DNA of 58,780 nucleotides from an uncultured Gammaproteobacteria bacterium (GTDB lineage Bacteria; Pseudomonadota; Gammaproteobacteria; JAGOUU01): NCBI GenBank assembly GCA_964353115.1, contig CAYGUI010000003.1, positions 1 to 58,780 of the forward strand, read 5' to 3'. Shown piece by piece: positions 57,297 to 58,780 of this stretch (position 1 is its first letter; each line of letters starts with the position of its first letter). The notes under the pieces were generated by a model. It saw only the letters and a program-made list of their open reading frames with translations, ran no database searches and was not told where the DNA came from. The position numbers and the translations under genes were made by a program.

Positions 57297-57890
57297 ATGA
57301 TATACGAATTACCTGCATTACCTTATGATATGACTGCTCTTGAGCCGCATATTTCTAAAGAAACTTTAGAATATCATTATGGTAAGCATCACAAAACTTA
57401 CGTTGATAATTTAAATAAAATAATTCCGGGTACTGAGTTTGAAGGTATGGAATTGGAAGAAATTATCAAAAAATCACATAGCAAAGGCGGACCAATATTT
57501 AACAACGCTGCGCAAATTTGGAATCATACTTTTTATTGGCATTGCTTAAGTCCAAATGGTGGTGGTGTTCCAAGTGGAGATTTATTAGAAAAAATAAATA
57601 CTGCGTTTGGATCATTTGAAAATTTTAAAGCAAAATTTACTGAAAGCTCAGTTAAATTATTCGGAGCTGGTTGGGCTTGGTTAGTGCAAAACAATGATGG
57701 TAGTTTAGAAATTGTTGAAACTTCTAATGCACATACGCCACTTGCTCATGATAAGGGAACAGCTTTAATGACTTGTGATGTTTGGGAGCATGCTTATTAT
57801 ATTGATTATCGTAATGCACGACCAAAGTATCTAGAAGCATTTTGGAATTTGGTTAATTGGAATTTTGTTGAGTCTAATTTAACTAATTAA
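57297..57890 (+). CDS. sodB: Superoxide dismutase [Fe]
   Basis: HYGKHH, FNNAAQIWNH, DVWEHAYY. Confidence 0.95.
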   Translation: MIYELPALPYDMTALEPHISKETLEYHYGKHHKTYVDNLNKIIPGTEFEGMELEEIIKKSHSKGGPIFNNAAQIWNHTFYWHCLSPNGGGVPSGDLLEKINTAFGSFENFKAKFTESSVKLFGAGWAWLVQNNDGSLEIVETSNAHTPLAHDKGTALMTCDVWEHAYYIDYRNARPKYLEAFWNLVNWNFVESNLTN

Positions 57891-57912
57891 ACCACAGCCT
57901 CATGTAAGATCT

Positions 57913-57976
57913 CGTCATTGCGAGCGTAGCGAAGCAATCTAGATTGCCGCGCTCGCGTTGCTCGCTCGCAATGACG
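57913..57976. repeat. GTCATTGCGAG-type palindromic element between convergent sodB and ygfZ
   Basis: CGTCATTGCGAGCG ... CGCTCGCAATGACG outer stem; internal GCAATCTAGATTGC. Confidence 0.85.
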
Positions 57977-57978
57977 CT

Positions 57979-58719
57979 TCAGCAAATAACTAAAAATCCA
58001 TCGTCTAACTTATCAACAACTATAGCTTTACTCCCGTCATCTAAAATTATTTCATTGCCGGGGGTGAAGTCTTGTTCCTTATTAGTAACTACCACTTTAT
58101 GCATCTTACGCTTTATCTGCCCGCGATATTCAGTGCGTGCAATAATTTCTTGCCCGATATAACAGCCTTTATCGAAGTCGATTGCGCCTAATTCTGGTAG
58201 GTCTAGCATGTGGGGTAGAAATTTTTCTGATGTTGTTTGGTAGATTGTGGGGGGATTTATTTTTTCTGGATCCCCGCCTTCGCGGGGATGACGAAGCTTA
58301 TTGCAGTCATTCTCGCTCAGCGCTCCGTCATTCTCGCCTAGCGCTCCGTCATTCTCGCTCAGCGCTCCGTCATTCCCGCTCAGCGCTCCGTCATTCCCGC
58401 TCAGCGCTCCGTCATTCCCGAGCGCTCCGTCATTCCCGAGCGCTCCGTCATTCCCGCGAAGGCGGGAATCCACCTTAACCTTTGAAAAAGCTGCATATTT
58501 TTTTAAAATTCGTAAAAAATTATCTTGGTTATCACCAGGCAAATCAACAAGATAATTCTGCTCATCCATTTTGGTAATAAAAAACACAGCAATAACACGA
58601 CCTTTGTTATTGCAGTAGGCGGCAAGGCGTGGGCTGTTTATTTCTAATTTTTCTATATTTATAGTAAACTGACCTTGCAAAAATTTGGTGGCATTAACGC
58701 CGGATATCTCAATCAACAT
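57979..58719 (-). CDS. ygfZ: Folate-binding Fe-S repair protein YgfZ with in-frame repeat insertion
   Basis: KFLQGQ.T, KGR, KGCYIGQE signature; divergent from sdhE. Confidence 0.9.
   Translation of the reverse strand: MLIEISGVNATKFLQGQFTINIEKLEINSPRLAAYCNNKGRVIAVFFITKMDEQNYLVDLPGDNQDNFLRILKKYAAFSKVKVDSRLRGNDGALGNDGALGNDGALSGNDGALSGNDGALSENDGALGENDGALSENDCNKLRHPREGGDPEKINPPTIYQTTSEKFLPHMLDLPELGAIDFDKGCYIGQEIIARTEYRGQIKRKMHKVVVTNKEQDFTPGNEIILDDGSKAIVVDKLDDGFLVIC
58267..58472. repeat. Two REP palindromes enclosing five 21-bp and two 18-bp REP-derived tandem units
   Basis: Units start GTCATT at 58306, 58327, 58348, 58369, 58390, 58411, 58429; full REPs at 58267-58293 and 58446-58472. Confidence 0.92.
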
Positions 58720-58735
58720 AGTTAATAATTATATT

Positions 58736-58780
58736 ATGAATTTGGAAAAACGTGTACTATTGTGGCACGCACGTCGTGGC
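58736..58780 (+). CDS. sdhE: SdhE/YgfY, 5' partial (runs off the window)
   Basis: MNLEKRVLLWHARRG matches the W..RRG start of SdhE; divergent from ygfZ as in E. coli. Confidence 0.75.
   Translation, partial: MNLEKRVLLWHARRG

Noticed and set aside
58306-58446. Possible CRISPR array
   Set aside because: Units are contiguous 18-21-bp tandem repeats without unique spacers, lie inside a CDS, and no cas genes are present
58182-58555. Plus-strand ORFs with RHSRSAL / SAPSF repeats
   Set aside because: Alternative frames of the stop-free tandem repeat, antisense to ygfZ

Overview
AT-rich gammaproteobacterial chromosome segment; gene content and order suggest a Legionellales/Coxiellales-like host (inference). 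1-7100 holds a HAD-like gene, a degenerate FimT, a cytochrome c/coxBAC operon and a tRNA-Ala(GGC)/tRNA-Glu(TTC) pair. A 34,451-bp integrative element sits in tRNA-Glu, bounded by a perfect 48-bp direct repeat (7129-7176 and 41580-41627) with a tyrosine integrase at the right end. Its core is the most unusual thing here. A CI-like repressor gene lies between two outward promoters that share a 29-bp inverted repeat, as in a lambdoid immunity region. One promoter faces a phage-type replication initiator carrying five internal ~22-bp-periodic iteron-like repeats, coupled to a trbBCDEJLFGI-traF operon and followed by a MOBC-like relaxase and a coupling protein. The other faces an AlpA/Xis-like gene. 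Cargo includes a VUT transporter/methyltransferase cassette, a candidate TNT/ART-fold toxin-immunity pair and a partly decayed copper/metal island with an IS3-family element. To the right are REP-delimited accessory genes, a lone OtsA-like gene, a 1022-aa nuclease-like/Deg-protease fusion ending in an NLS-like motif, sodB, and a ygfZ carrying an in-frame, tandemly amplified palindromic repeat. No CRISPR array or rRNA was seen. All family calls come from motif recognition by eye, not database searches.
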